From contig OZ024741.1 in the NCBI GenBank assembly GCA_964016885.1, positions 297,538,001-297,602,000 on the forward strand: 64,000 nt of DNA. The letters run 5' to 3'. The position numbers and the translations under genes were made by a program. How positions within the stretch are numbered: the first letter of the stretch is position 1; every line of letters starts with the position of its first letter. Positions 53,212 to 64,000 of the stretch are shown here, one piece after another. The notes beneath the pieces were generated by a model. The model made no database searches, was not told where the DNA came from, and saw nothing but the letters and a program-made list of their open reading frames with translations. This DNA is from Eledone cirrhosa. Lineage: Eukaryota.

Positions 53212-53647
53212 TTAGCGATAATCATATTTCGGCGGGTAGAAATTAGCGAAACGCAACTTCCGTATTGTGCAGACAAGCGTTCCATGGATATGAAGATACC
53301 AGAGCTAGAAACATAAGTTAAAATGGTCATACACTCTGAGACGATGGTTAAGAAGCCATTAACCACCTTAGCCAAAAAAGCGAACAAGCTAAACGGGTCA
53401 AACAAAATATGATTGAAATAGTTACACGGACCCTCAGGGAAGATGGAATACTCCGAAATTGGGTTTCTGCAACACCTAAATCAATAATACTGCCTGCATA
53501 TAAAAAATAAGCTTTTGGTATAATGATCGAACATGGCATCGCTTTCTCAATAGGTTTTTGTTCTTCGTGCGCCAGAATCTCACAGGTTATGAAAGCACAT
53601 GTGAGGTTCTAAGGGAGAAAACCCTTACTTTGGCCAGTGAATTCAGC

Positions 53648-53650
<3 letters not shown>
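53207..53650 (-). mobile_element. Family L repeat (hammerhead-like motif at 53449-53550)
   Basis: TTGAGAA-A-GCGATGCC...GGTGTTGC-A-GAAACCC on the minus strand; same terminus as the other copies. Confidence 0.6.
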
Positions 53651-53697
<47 letters not shown>

Positions 53698-53700
<3 letters not shown>

Positions 53701-53888
53701 AACCAGTAAGACCCCGACAGCTGAGCTCAAGCCGTTTCGACGGCTAATTCAGTCCAGAATTAGCCGTCGAAACGGCTTGAGCTCAGCTGTCGGGGTCTTA
53801 CTGGTTCCTATTACCCACTCTACTACCCCAAGTATTGAGTACTTTGGTGCGTTATGGTCCACCTGGTTCCTTACCACATTTCCTTCGT
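53698..53888. mobile_element. Inverted pair of Naiad (4212 family) termini; tail on the right arm
   Basis: 53698-53750 is the perfect reverse complement of 53757-53809; tail 53810-53888. Confidence 0.9.
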
Positions 53889-53920
<32 letters not shown>

Positions 53921-53927
53921 CATACAT

Positions 53928-54528
53928 GATGGCTGCCAACTCGTTTTCGAGTACGACCACTACTTTATATCCATGTAGGAGAACCCCTACCGAACCTCTA
54001 CGAGTGTGATTTTTTAGTCCAGCCAGCGACTTGAAAACGCTGGTACAAACGCTACACTTGTGACAATTATTGACACATAGTGCTGGGCCCATGGTACCAT
54101 GTGATGACAAGTGCAGAGAGATCTCCAGATATAACGCAATGCCTGTGTCGTGAAGCTTTTATAGTGACAAAGGTACTGCACAAAGCCAGTCCCACTCTCT
54201 TAACCAAGATGATATTTACCAAAAAGAAGAACAAGTCAACGTCATTGGATACCATCAGGGTTGCAGGTGTTATATCAGAGTTTTCCTTCTCCTAGAATTC
54301 TGCCCTGACAAAGGCTAAGGGGTCATCTCTCCCGGTGATTTTGGATGGCCATTGACTCTTAAGAGCTCCTTTGCCCTTTGACAGGTTTTGTTTTTAGTCC
54401 TGCAGGATGTCCAAAGTCACCCTCCTCACCAAGAAACCTTGGTGGGGTTGCCAGTCTAGTCGCCAACGACCCGACCATGAGACAGGTTGTGCTGGGATAC
54501 ATGTTACCAGTAGCACTAACTGGTGACC
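53928..54528 (-). mobile_element. Non-autonomous RTE-derived element, full copy
   Basis: Reverse complement of 38171-38773. Confidence 0.75.
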
Positions 54529-54573
54529 ATACATACATACATACATACATACATACATACATACATACATACA

Positions 54574-54605
<32 letters not shown>

Positions 54606-54677
54606 CATCCATATATATATATATATATATACATCCATATATATATATATATATACATCCATATATATTTATATACA

Positions 54678-55084
54678 TGGTGGCTGCCAACTCGTTCTCG
54701 AGTACGGCCACTACTTTATATCCATGTAGGAGAACCCCTACCGATGCGCTGAACGAGTGTGACTTTTTAGTCCAGCCTGCGACATGAAAATTCTGGTACA
54801 AACACTTCACTTGTGACGATTATTGACACATAGTGCTGGGCCAATGGTACCATGTGACGACAAGTGCAGAGAGATCTCCAGATATAAAGCAATGCCTGTG
54901 CCGTGAAGCTTTTATAGTGAGCAAAGGCACTGCACAAAGCCAGTCCCACTCTCTTAACCAAGATGATATTTACCAAAAAGAAGAACAAGTCAACATCATT
55001 GGATACCATCAGGGTTGCAGGTGTTATATCAGAGTTTTCCTTCTCCTAGAATTCTGCCTTGACAAAGGCTAAGGGGTCATCTCT
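54678..55084 (-). mobile_element. Non-autonomous RTE-derived element, 5'-truncated copy
   Basis: Matches the 3' ~400 bp of 38171-38773. Confidence 0.75.
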
Positions 55085-55184
55085 ATACATATAAATATAT
55101 ACATACATATATATATATACATACATATATATATACATACATACATATATATATACATACATATATATATATATATACATACAC

Positions 55185-55215
<31 letters not shown>

Positions 55216-55341
55216 CACATATATATATATACACACATATATATATATACATACACATATATATATATATACATATATATACATACATATATACATACAT
55301 ATATATATACATATATATACATACATATATATATATATATT

Positions 55342-55455
<114 letters not shown>

Positions 55456-55767
55456 TACATACATATATATATATACATACATATATATATATATACATAC
55501 ATATATATATATATATTCATATATATATATACATACATATATATAATATATATACATATATATATATATACATACATATATATATACATATATATATACG
55601 TATATATATACATATATCTATATATATATACATATATATATATACATATATCTATATATATATACATATATACACATATATCTATATATATATACATTTA
55701 TATACATATATGCACACACATATATATATACACACACACGCACACATACACACATATATATATAAAT

Positions 55768-55798
<31 letters not shown>

Positions 55799-55799
<1 letters not shown>

Positions 55800-56163
55800 G
55801 GGGTCAGCAATGGTGAGTCTTTGTATTAACATTGAACTAAAACCTGTTGAGAAAGTGGCTTCCTTGTTCAATCATCTTACCAGAAGCCCGACATTATTTA
55901 TGTAAGCGGACGGTACTTGATTTAGGAGCCGCAGAAACCCATATACTGGGTTTTACCAACCTTCCAGGGGTCCGGGTAAATTTTCAATACCCGAATTACT
56001 TGATCGTTTTTTGGGCTATGCGAATGATTGTTTAACCATCGTCTCAGTGTGTTTGGCCTTTAACGTTTGTTATAGCTCTGGTTCATTTGAATTATTCAGC
56101 ACTTGCCGCACATCTCGGAGGTTGTTTTTCGTTATTTCGTGGGCCGAAATGCGAATCTCGATA

Positions 56164-56167
<4 letters not shown>
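55799..56167 (+). mobile_element. Family L repeat (hammerhead-like motif at 55847-55952)
   Basis: TTGAGAA-A-GTGGCTTCC...GGAGCCGC-A-GAAA-CCC ATATACT GGG-TT. Confidence 0.65.
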
Positions 56168-56210
<43 letters not shown>

Positions 56211-56214
<4 letters not shown>

Positions 56215-56270
56215 AAACGAGTCAGGATCCCGACGGCTGAGCTCCGGCCGTTTCAACAGCTAAATCCGAA
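56211..56270 (-). mobile_element. Diverged tail-less terminus of the 4212 Naiad family
   Basis: AGGAAACGAGTCAGGATCCCGACGGCTGAGCTCCGGCCGTTTC resembles 4211-4251. Confidence 0.6.
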
Positions 56271-56589
56271 CGCAGTATATATCGGAAATTTGTGGTTCCG
56301 TATTATCCGAAACTCTATTCTTGCTGTAATGAGTTTTGTTAATGTTAAGCTTTGAGTCGCTGCACTGAACCTCAACTAAACATTTGTCAATTATGTTGTG
56401 TCGGCCGTCCAAGAACACAAAGTGTACCTCACCTCACCGCACGCCACGTTTTTTATTTTTGACCGAACAAAGGTTTGAAGTTCATACTACTCACGATAAC
56501 AGCTGATAAGAGCAGACACCACAAGAAGGCAAGACAAAGTCTCCGCGTATTGTTGTAAACAAGAGATGGCTTGATAAGAGTTATAATAC

Positions 56590-56772
56590 ATATAATTGTT
56601 TCTACTTTTGGCACAAGGCCAGTAATTACACAGTGCATTACTGGTACTTTATTTTATCGACCCCGTAAGGATGAAAGGCAAAGTTAACCTTGGCGGGATT
56701 TGAACTCAGAATGGCAAGGGCCGTAATTCTATGCGTCAAAGCATGGCGCCCGACCATCTACCGGTACTGCAC
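56590..56772 (-). mobile_element. SINE copy
   Basis: Reverse complement of the 58428-58620 unit. Confidence 0.85.
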
Positions 56773-56924
56773 CAATAAATACAATTAATTATTGCTAAGA
56801 GCCTCACAAAGATATATGATCAAAGCGGGAGAAAAAGAAACGGAAAGAAGAAAAAAACAAACAAAAACAACCATCAATTCACTACCGAGTGCGACAATCG
56901 CCCCCCCCCAACACAAGGGACAAC

Positions 56925-57105
56925 AGCAAATTTTGAGGCAAGCCAACACGCTCGCAGATTTACCGAGGGTGATGGGGCGGCTAAGGCGCTGAAACAACCA
57001 CGCACCCTCACAGGTATCACCTGACACCTCGGTAAGGCGAGGCGCCAACGATGACAAAAACTTCTCTGTCAGCGGACCTTGTCTACCAAATGTCTCGAAT
57101 GCCAC
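56925..57105 (-). mobile_element. CRE-clade 3' fragment
   Basis: AFETFGRQGP..FLSSL..RL..SGD..EGAWLFQRLS..GKSASVL, homologous to the peptide encoded at 1490-1650. Confidence 0.7.
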
Positions 57106-57214
57106 ACACTAAAAAAAAAGAATAGTTATTTGACAAATATCTGCCAGGCACAGTAATAGAATGATCTGCTAAGATATGTCAACCTCGAAATATCGAAGTG
57201 TTGACAATATGGGT

Positions 57215-57560
57215 TCATCATGATCGTTTTTATGTCCGTTTCCAAGCTTTCATGGGTTGGACGGGTCCTTCTCAGCACACCATCTCTCCACTCGCTGCGT
57301 TTCTTCGTCATCTTCTCCGTGAGTCTCAGCGATTTGAGGTCAGCTTTCATCCCCCCTGCCCAGGTCTTTCTCAGTCTACGTCTACATCAGCTTCCTCCCA
57401 CTGGCATTTCCAGGCACTTGAAATACATCATCCATGCGCTTCACATGTGCGTACAAACGCAGTCTTCTCTCCTGCACACCACCTCGGATTTCTCTTAAAC
57501 CCAGTTTCTCCTTCAGCTCATCCAGGCTCTGCCTTTCTCTCATATTTACATTGCACATTA
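57215..57560 (-). mobile_element. RTE-clade LINE 3' fragment
   Basis: ..KTW..MKADLKSLRLTEKMTKKRSEWRDGVLRRTRPT.., with a short (ATG)n-like tail. Confidence 0.6.
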
Positions 57561-57989
57561 ATTAAATTTGGGTTGGCAGATCCCTGACTGCATCGGAAAA
57601 ATGCTTTGCGGTATATGTTTCGATTCGCGTTCAACTTTATCTTTCATCTTCTTTTGAGTGTGTTTGTGTGTGGAGGGGGGGGGGGGGGGGGGAGGAGAAA
57701 TACCACATTAGCCCTGGAATCGTTTTAATCGATTTTCGTTTCACCTCAAATTATTGGTCATGTACTTAAATCTGTTATCTGTTATACATAAACATATGCC
57801 AACTATATTTTACGGACAGAAGTTATATGATGATGGAAATATAAAAAAAAAAGATAAAAACAAAATTAAGTAATGAAAAAGTATGGGGAAGGGGTAAAGA
57901 CGGGTAGATCTGGCTGTATAGGAAAGGAAAGGACTATAAACACCATAAATGAGAAGAAAGGGAGGGGAAGAGCAAAAACTATTTGTAGC

Positions 57990-58770
57990 AGGGCGATGAA
58001 TTGGTTAAGCGCCAGTCAAAGTGTCATTACAATATTTGTTTCCGCTCTTTATGTTCTGAGTTATAATCCCATTGAGGTCAACTTTGCTTGTCATTCTTTT
58101 GGTGGTTGATAGAATAAAGTACCTGGTGTCAGTGCAATCTACTTTCCCCCTTCCCACAAATGGTTGGCCTTGTGTCTAATAAGAAATCATTGGTGGATTG
58201 GCAGTATCGGTAGAGCGTCGGACGCCATGCTTTGCAGCATAGAGTTACGGCTGTTTATGATCTGAGTTCAAATCCCGCCGAAGTTAACTTTGCCTTTCAT
58301 CCTTATGGAGTCGATAAAATAAAGTACCAGTCACGCACTGGGGTCAATTTAATCGACTTTCCCCTCCTCCCAAATTGCTGGCCTTGTGCTTATATAAAAA
58401 ACCATTATTTGTACTTGTTGTACAAGGCGGTGGATTGGCAGTATCGGTAGAGGGTCGGACGCCATGCTTTGACGCATAGAGTTACGGCCCTTGCCATTCT
58501 GAGTTCAAATCCCGCCGAGGTTTACTTTGCCTTTCATCCTTACGGGGTCGATAAAATAAAGTACCAGTAATGCACTGGCTAATTGCTGGCCTTGTGCCAA
58601 AAGTAGAAACAATTATTTGTACTTGTTGTTCAAATCCTGCTGAGGTTAGCTTTGCTATTCATCCTCACGGGTCGATAAAATAAAGTACCAGTCACGCACA
58701 AGGGTCGATTTAATCAACATTCCCCTCCCTCAAAATTGCTGGCTTTGTACCTATAGTAGAAACAATTATA
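57990..58770 (+). mobile_element. Tandem array of about 4 tRNA-derived SINE units
   Basis: Repeated head TGGCAGTATCGGTAG (A-box), GAGTTCAAATCC (B-box) and core TTTGCCTTTCATCCTT..GTCGATAAAATAAAGTACCAG at about 57990, 58191, 58428 and 58628. Confidence 0.85.
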
Positions 58771-59006
58771 GTTGTTGTTGCTGCTGTTGCTGTTGCTGAA
58801 CCGAAGATTGGGTCTTTGGATTTATTTGTGATGTGTTACAAGCAAAACATAGAAATCGTAGACGTAAAGTAAAACAAAGTATATTTCTCTTTAACGTTTA
58901 ATTACATAAAGGCAGTTAAGTTAGGAATATAAGCCAGCTATAAACGTTTTATAAGAGATGCATGTACTTTTCAAGGTTATATACATTTATTTGTTTCGAT
59001 GTTTAG

Positions 59007-59081
59007 GATGATGCTGTATTGGATATTGGCGAGAAAGAAGAAACTAATTTCCCAGTGAGATTAGAAATAACACACGATGAG
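59007..59081 (+). CDS. Host gene exon D (DDAVLDIGEKEETNFPVRLEITHDE)
   Basis: GTTTAG acceptor, GAG|GTATGT donor, 75 bp, phase 0/0, compatible with exons C and E. Confidence 0.7.
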
Positions 59082-59186
59082 GTATGTGATTGTCCATTTT
59101 CAATTTATCTATTTTGTTTCTGCACTGAAATCAATTGTTTAATGATTGGATAAATATTGAAAATCAGTTCACCTGAAATTAAAATA

Positions 59187-59313
<127 letters not shown>

Positions 59314-59664
59314 TAAGTGGCATTAACATAACGTGCTCTACCATAAGGGTGGATATAAAAGCATCTACGATATGTATAATAAACAAACGAGAGTCAGGCT
59401 AATAATGTTTTAAAAACTGTTATCATGTCACAGCTTCCTCAGTAGCAGTGAGAATGCCAGACAGCTATTTCTGGATGTTTACCTGTCATCTGTGATATTG
59501 AAGCACTTGCTACTGAGATAAAATTTGCTAAAGCTTATATGAATTTTTGCCTATGGAATATCGGCTGGGGATGCTCATTTGCATTTAGTGTGAGATCAAC
59601 TGGTTAAAGGGAGGTAATTAGTTGTGGCACTAGCATAGCGTGGTTCATCATATTATAGCATATA

Positions 59665-59700
<36 letters not shown>

Positions 59701-60483
59701 TATATATATATATACTACACTACCAGTAATACCCTATGTTAGCTGAGGAAAGAGTTGACTCAGTGAACAATTTCTTTGTGGAAAAGAATAATGACAAATC
59801 TGCTTAAATATATTATTTGAAACTCAAAGATTATATTTTTGTAACAGAGATACATGGTTAAGCAGGGGCGGTGGAACTGGGGTGACCAGGGGAAGGGGGA
59901 TATGCCCCTTCTCCCCAATAATTATATATTTTCTCCCCAAACTACCAAAACATACATCTATTTGTAAATGCGCTACAATTTATGTACATGTTATGTTTAT
60001 CGCATATCGAAGTTTTTTTATATGTTGATTGATATTTGAAAAAAATCAGCTCAAATTAATGACTACAACTAAATTAACCAAATTTGCCCCCCACCCTCTC
60101 AATTCAGACGCAAACATATATTGTTTAAAGAAATGTAAGCCCTATGGTCAACCTGAAACCGTATTAGTGGCAGATTAGGTTTCCACTATGCCACTTAAAT
60201 AGTTTAAGCTTGACCGTTGCGCTTACAATTATATCTACACTCTACTTTCTTTAAAGTATGGAAGTACTAAGTTGAATAATTGTCTTACTAGGGATATACC
60301 TATCGCTTCCCCTTATTCTCTCCCCCCTCCCATCCCCACCTCTCTCCCCCCTCTCTCTCTTGTATATGTACGTGTTGTATATATGATGTTTATGTATAAC
60401 ATTTGACAGCCTGTAATGTTTTTCATAAACATCCTGTATACAACATGTACATATATGTATATAACGTTATGTTGGAGTACTTT

Positions 60484-60542
<59 letters not shown>

Positions 60543-60565
60543 CATATAATATATACACATATACA

Positions 60566-60730
60566 CAGTAAGTAAGGTACCCAATACAAAGCAGAGTATG
60601 AATATTTAATATAGAAGAGGCGTCTACAGGACTAGAACTGTTTCATTCAGGAGAAATCATCGGAAAGCCTTGATGATTTCTCCCGAATGAAACAGTTCTA
60701 GTCCTGTAGAAGCCTTTTCTATATTAAATA
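60566..60730. mobile_element. Asymmetric foldback with a hammerhead-like motif
   Basis: 60603-60661 is inverted at 60672-60730 (GATGA-TTTCTCCCGAAT-GAAA-CAG..CTG-TA); an extra 37 bp lies on the left arm. Confidence 0.7.
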
Positions 60731-60731
60731 A

Positions 60732-60772
<41 letters not shown>

Positions 60773-60774
60773 AA

Positions 60775-60970
60775 AGTAAAAAACAAAAAAAACAAAAACA
60801 ATAACTAAGAGTGCAGTACAAGCAGTGTTGGTATTAGGTTCACGCTTGAGAGTGGGGGTGGGGGACGACGTTTCGGGCATAAGCCCTTCATCAGATGAAA
60901 GGTGGAAAGGAAAAGAGTTCCGAGAGGGTGTGAGGGGGAGTGGCGGAAAGACTTTAGAAAGGAGGAAAAA

Positions 60971-60980
<10 letters not shown>
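60775..60980 (-). mobile_element. Neptune-like PLE 3' terminus with a minimal hammerhead core (60867-60894)
   Basis: The minus strand reads CTGATGA-A-GGGC TTAT GCCC-GAAA-CG-TC; stem I is not evident. Similar to 16740-16940. Confidence 0.65.
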
Positions 60981-61058
<78 letters not shown>

Positions 61059-61063
<5 letters not shown>

Positions 61064-61369
61064 GTGAGGTTTCTTTTACAAAATGAAAAATAACCGAGGT
61101 GTCCTACACGAGTGAAAGTATAAAGAAAAAGAGATGAAATCGAAAATGCAACTGGAGTCTTATTTTTAAAAAAATATATATATATTTATTTGGTTCCTTT
61201 ACCGGTTTCGCAGTTCTTCTGCTTTTCAAAAGGTGAGTGGAGATGGAGGGGCTGTGGTTTTTGAAAAGCAGAAGAACTGCGAAACCGGTAAAGGAACCAA
61301 ATAAATATATATATTTAAAAAAAAATAAGACTCCAGTTGCATTTTCGATTTCATCTCTTTTTCTTTATA
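61059..61369. mobile_element. Asymmetric foldback with a U3-A8 hammerhead (61256-61298, + strand)
   Basis: 61119-61231 is inverted at 61259-61369; TTGAAAA-GCAG AAGAA CTGC-GAAA-CCGG-TA; tail 61059-61118. Confidence 0.8.
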
Positions 61370-61488
61370 TATATATATATATATAAGAGAGTGTTGAATT
61401 TGCTTGAAGCCTTGTGGAATAATAAAATTGGTCGTTTTGGAAGCCAATGCAGATGGGTAAATCTCCGGGTAACAGAATCAGGTGGTAA

Positions 61489-61543
<55 letters not shown>

Positions 61544-61549
<6 letters not shown>

Positions 61550-62917
61550 TTTAGGAATAACCAAAGAATGCTTAGAAATACATTGTTTTATTAGCTAACC
61601 GTGTTTCATCCATATCCTGTGGCAGGAATCATCAGAGCCTATAAACAAAAATATATCATAGGTTGCAGACTCCATCAAGCTCTATCACCAGAACAAGGAT
61701 AAAGGACATCAGGGGGGCCCCAAGGCCATCGCCATATAGAAAAACACACAATACATGACGCACATGATGTCATAAAATGCCGTAAAAAATTACATCAAAA
61801 ATTTATCACATACATGGTGCAATAGATGAAATAAGTGAGGGTGTTACTCAGCATGATAAAAAATTAACCCCCCCCCCCCCCAAAAAAAAAAAACAACAAC
61901 AAAACAAAAAAAACAAAGCAAAGCATCGATACATCAATCCACAAGCAGTGCAAATACAGGATGTAAGGCAGAGTATTAGATCTTGCAAGCATGAGTCCGT
62001 GAGAAGAAGAGTTGGTTAGCTGTGGTGCAGCTTTACATGAAGGATTGCCTATAGGAAAGACGGTGCACTCCAGTCATATCGCCTTGTAACGAGTCGACTT
62101 TTCCATATCATACCAACACCCTCCATCCATTGGTTCCAGTTCCAAGAGTTAGGCGATATAATACTATGTCTTCAAAACATACACCCAGAGGATTTCTCCG
62201 CATAGGCAGTCTGTAATAAACACCTTAAATCTAAAATAAAGTAGAGTACGATGAGGTGAAGTAAAGTGGGGTACGTATACAGCCGGCGCTCCAGTGAAGA
62301 AAGTGAAAACAAGGCAAGTCCGCAATATCTGCTGCCTCACAAAGTGCTCACGTTCGGTCACACGACCCAAAGTCCCATGTGACATACACTGTATGGCCGA
62401 GTGGGCATCGAACTAAAGTGCCATACCGTATGCAAATATACCACAGTAAATGTTATTCGTGATGGCTAGTCAGTCACGTACACAGAAAGTGTATATAGAA
62501 AACTCCGCTTACGGAATCACCTATGGCATAGTGAAGGGAAAGCAGTTATGATGTAATTTTTTATGGTATTTTATGACATTATGTGCGTCATGTATTGTGT
62601 GTTTTTCTATATGGCGATGACCTTGCCCCCCCCCCCCCCCTGCTTGTCCTTTATCCTTGTTCTTGTGATAGAGCTTGATGGAGCCTGCAACCTATGATAT
62701 ATTTTTGTTTATAGGCTCTAATGATCCCTGCCATGGTGTATGGATGAAATACTGTTAGCTAATAAAACAATGTATTTCTAAGCACTCTTTGGTTATTCTT
62801 AAACTTATAACGGCTCTGTAGTATACTAGTTATCCTACATTGAGCTAAAACCACACTGTCATACCAAGGGCAATATATCTGCGTGTCTGTGCACATTGAT
62901 ATACTTGTCAACGAAAC
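61544..62917. mobile_element. Asymmetric inverted PLE-like insertion with a hammerhead (61593-61639, - strand)
   Basis: 61544-61797 is inverted at 62549-62809; the minus strand reads GGCT-CTGATGA-TTCC..GGAT-GAAA-CACGG-TT-AGCT; tail 62810-62917. Confidence 0.75.
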
Positions 62918-62934
62918 TATATATATATATATAA

Positions 62935-63644
62935 TTCGTTTCTGAATTTGTTTAGCAAGATTCTTTATCTGAAAACGTGTGTTGAAACCGATATTGTTAT
63001 ACTTTGGGAGGGTCATGTTGCCAATAAGAAACACACGCACCAGTTGCTTTCACTTCAATTTATTATAATAAATTTATAAATTTAGGAATTTATAAATTTC
63101 CGGTTGGTTGGTTGGTTCCACAACCAGATGGTTGTTTATATATTGTCAAAGTTCTTTCGTCACACATTCTGTGACCTCTTCAGTGACTGGGGATTCTTTT
63201 CTTTGTTTTTGTGCCTCTCCTTTGTTCTGTCCTACGCCATTTTGTTTCTGTGTGTGTGTTGTGTGCTCAGTCTGCGCATGCGCCACATCCGGGTGTCTGT
63301 GTGTGTGTGTTTATATTTACAAATAAATAAACGAATATAAACACACACACACAGACACCCGGATGTGGCGCATGCGCAGACTGAGCACACAACACACACA
63401 CAGAAACAAAATGGCGTAGGACAGAACAAAGGAAAGGCACAAAAACAAAGAAAAGAATCCCCAGTCACTGAAGAGGTCACAGAATGTGTGACGAAAGAAC
63501 TTTGACAATATATAAACAACCATCTGGTTGTGGAACCAACCAACCGGAAATTTATAAATTCCTAAATTTATAAATTTATTATAATAAATTGAAGTGAAAG
63601 CAACTGGTGTGTGTTTCTTATTGGCAACATGACCTTCCCAAAGT

Positions 63645-63654
<10 letters not shown>
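62935..63654. mobile_element. Inverted pair of family H termini (hammerheads at 63145-63187 on -, 63464-63506 on +)
   Basis: 62991-63317 is inverted at 63334-63651; the tail 62935-62990 is on the left arm only. Confidence 0.9.
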
Positions 63655-63696
<42 letters not shown>

Positions 63697-63805
63697 CGTG
63701 AAAAATACCTGTTAATCATTCAATCGAATATGTTACAAGCATTTTGATAAATTATATTGCTTTTTGTTTTATTTTGTTTTGTTTTTTCTTTTGCATCTAC
63801 TCAAG

Positions 63806-63929
63806 AGTGACACACATACAGCTATGAACATGTACAATTATGTTGAGGACTTTCAACTCTACTCCACCTTTGATATCGACACCTGTTTCGGAGTGAATGG
63901 CAGATTAGATTACAGCTTTGAAATTATCG
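63806..63929 (+). CDS. Host gene exon E (SDTHTAMNMYNYVEDFQLYSTFDIDTCFGVNGRLDYSFEII)
   Basis: Long polypyrimidine tract, AAG acceptor, G|GTATGA donor, open frame, phase 0 to phase 1; FDI..CF motif. Confidence 0.75.
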
Positions 63930-63965
63930 GTATGAAATGTTTGTTATTATCAATATTAGTCTTAG

Positions 63966-64000
63966 GGTGGCGGTTTGGCAGAATCGGTAGATCGTTGGAT
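63966..64000 (+). mobile_element. Start of another SINE copy
   Basis: GGCGGTTTGGCAGAATCGGTAG head, as at 58428. Confidence 0.6.

Noticed and set aside
58191-58520. tRNA genes
   Set aside because: The A/B boxes belong to SINE heads; no cloverleaf can be formed.
59430-60095. Possible MITE/hAT-like remnants
   Set aside because: Only short imperfect inverted matches are present, with no clear TSD.
61800-62548. GIY-YIG coding remnant between the inverted arms
   Set aside because: Only a vague R..EH..RQQI resemblance on the minus strand; too decayed to call.

Overview
Repeat-dense animal genomic DNA, probably from an octopod cephalopod (inferred from the SINE type and the huge (TA)n tracts). The whole window lies inside one + strand host gene, of which five phase-compatible exons can be read (1785-1896, 11817-11977, 12717-12818, 59007-59081, 63806-63929). 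Together they give about 191 aa resembling invertebrate LolA/ependymin-fold repeat proteins. The introns, especially the ~46 kb intron 12819-59006, consist of degenerate (TA)n tracts that host many retroelements: Penelope-like elements (a near-intact Naiad-type RT+GIY-YIG ORF, Neptune-like and other fragments), two CR1-group LINE families (five copies, one with an intact ORF2), RTE derivatives, CRE fragments, SINEs and Helitron-like elements. The main unexplained pattern is about 11 insertions from about 9 unrelated families, most carrying hammerhead-ribozyme motifs. Each is a head-to-head inverted pair in (TA)n in which exactly one arm carries a family-specific 35-160 bp tail and the other stops at a fixed internal site; the smallest is a 23-bp insertion made only of the two termini. 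Several hammerheads have the rarer U3-A8 core, and one family has a covarying long-loop-II variant. All (YI)n ORFs are microsatellite artefacts. Every call was made by eye; no searches or folding programs were run.
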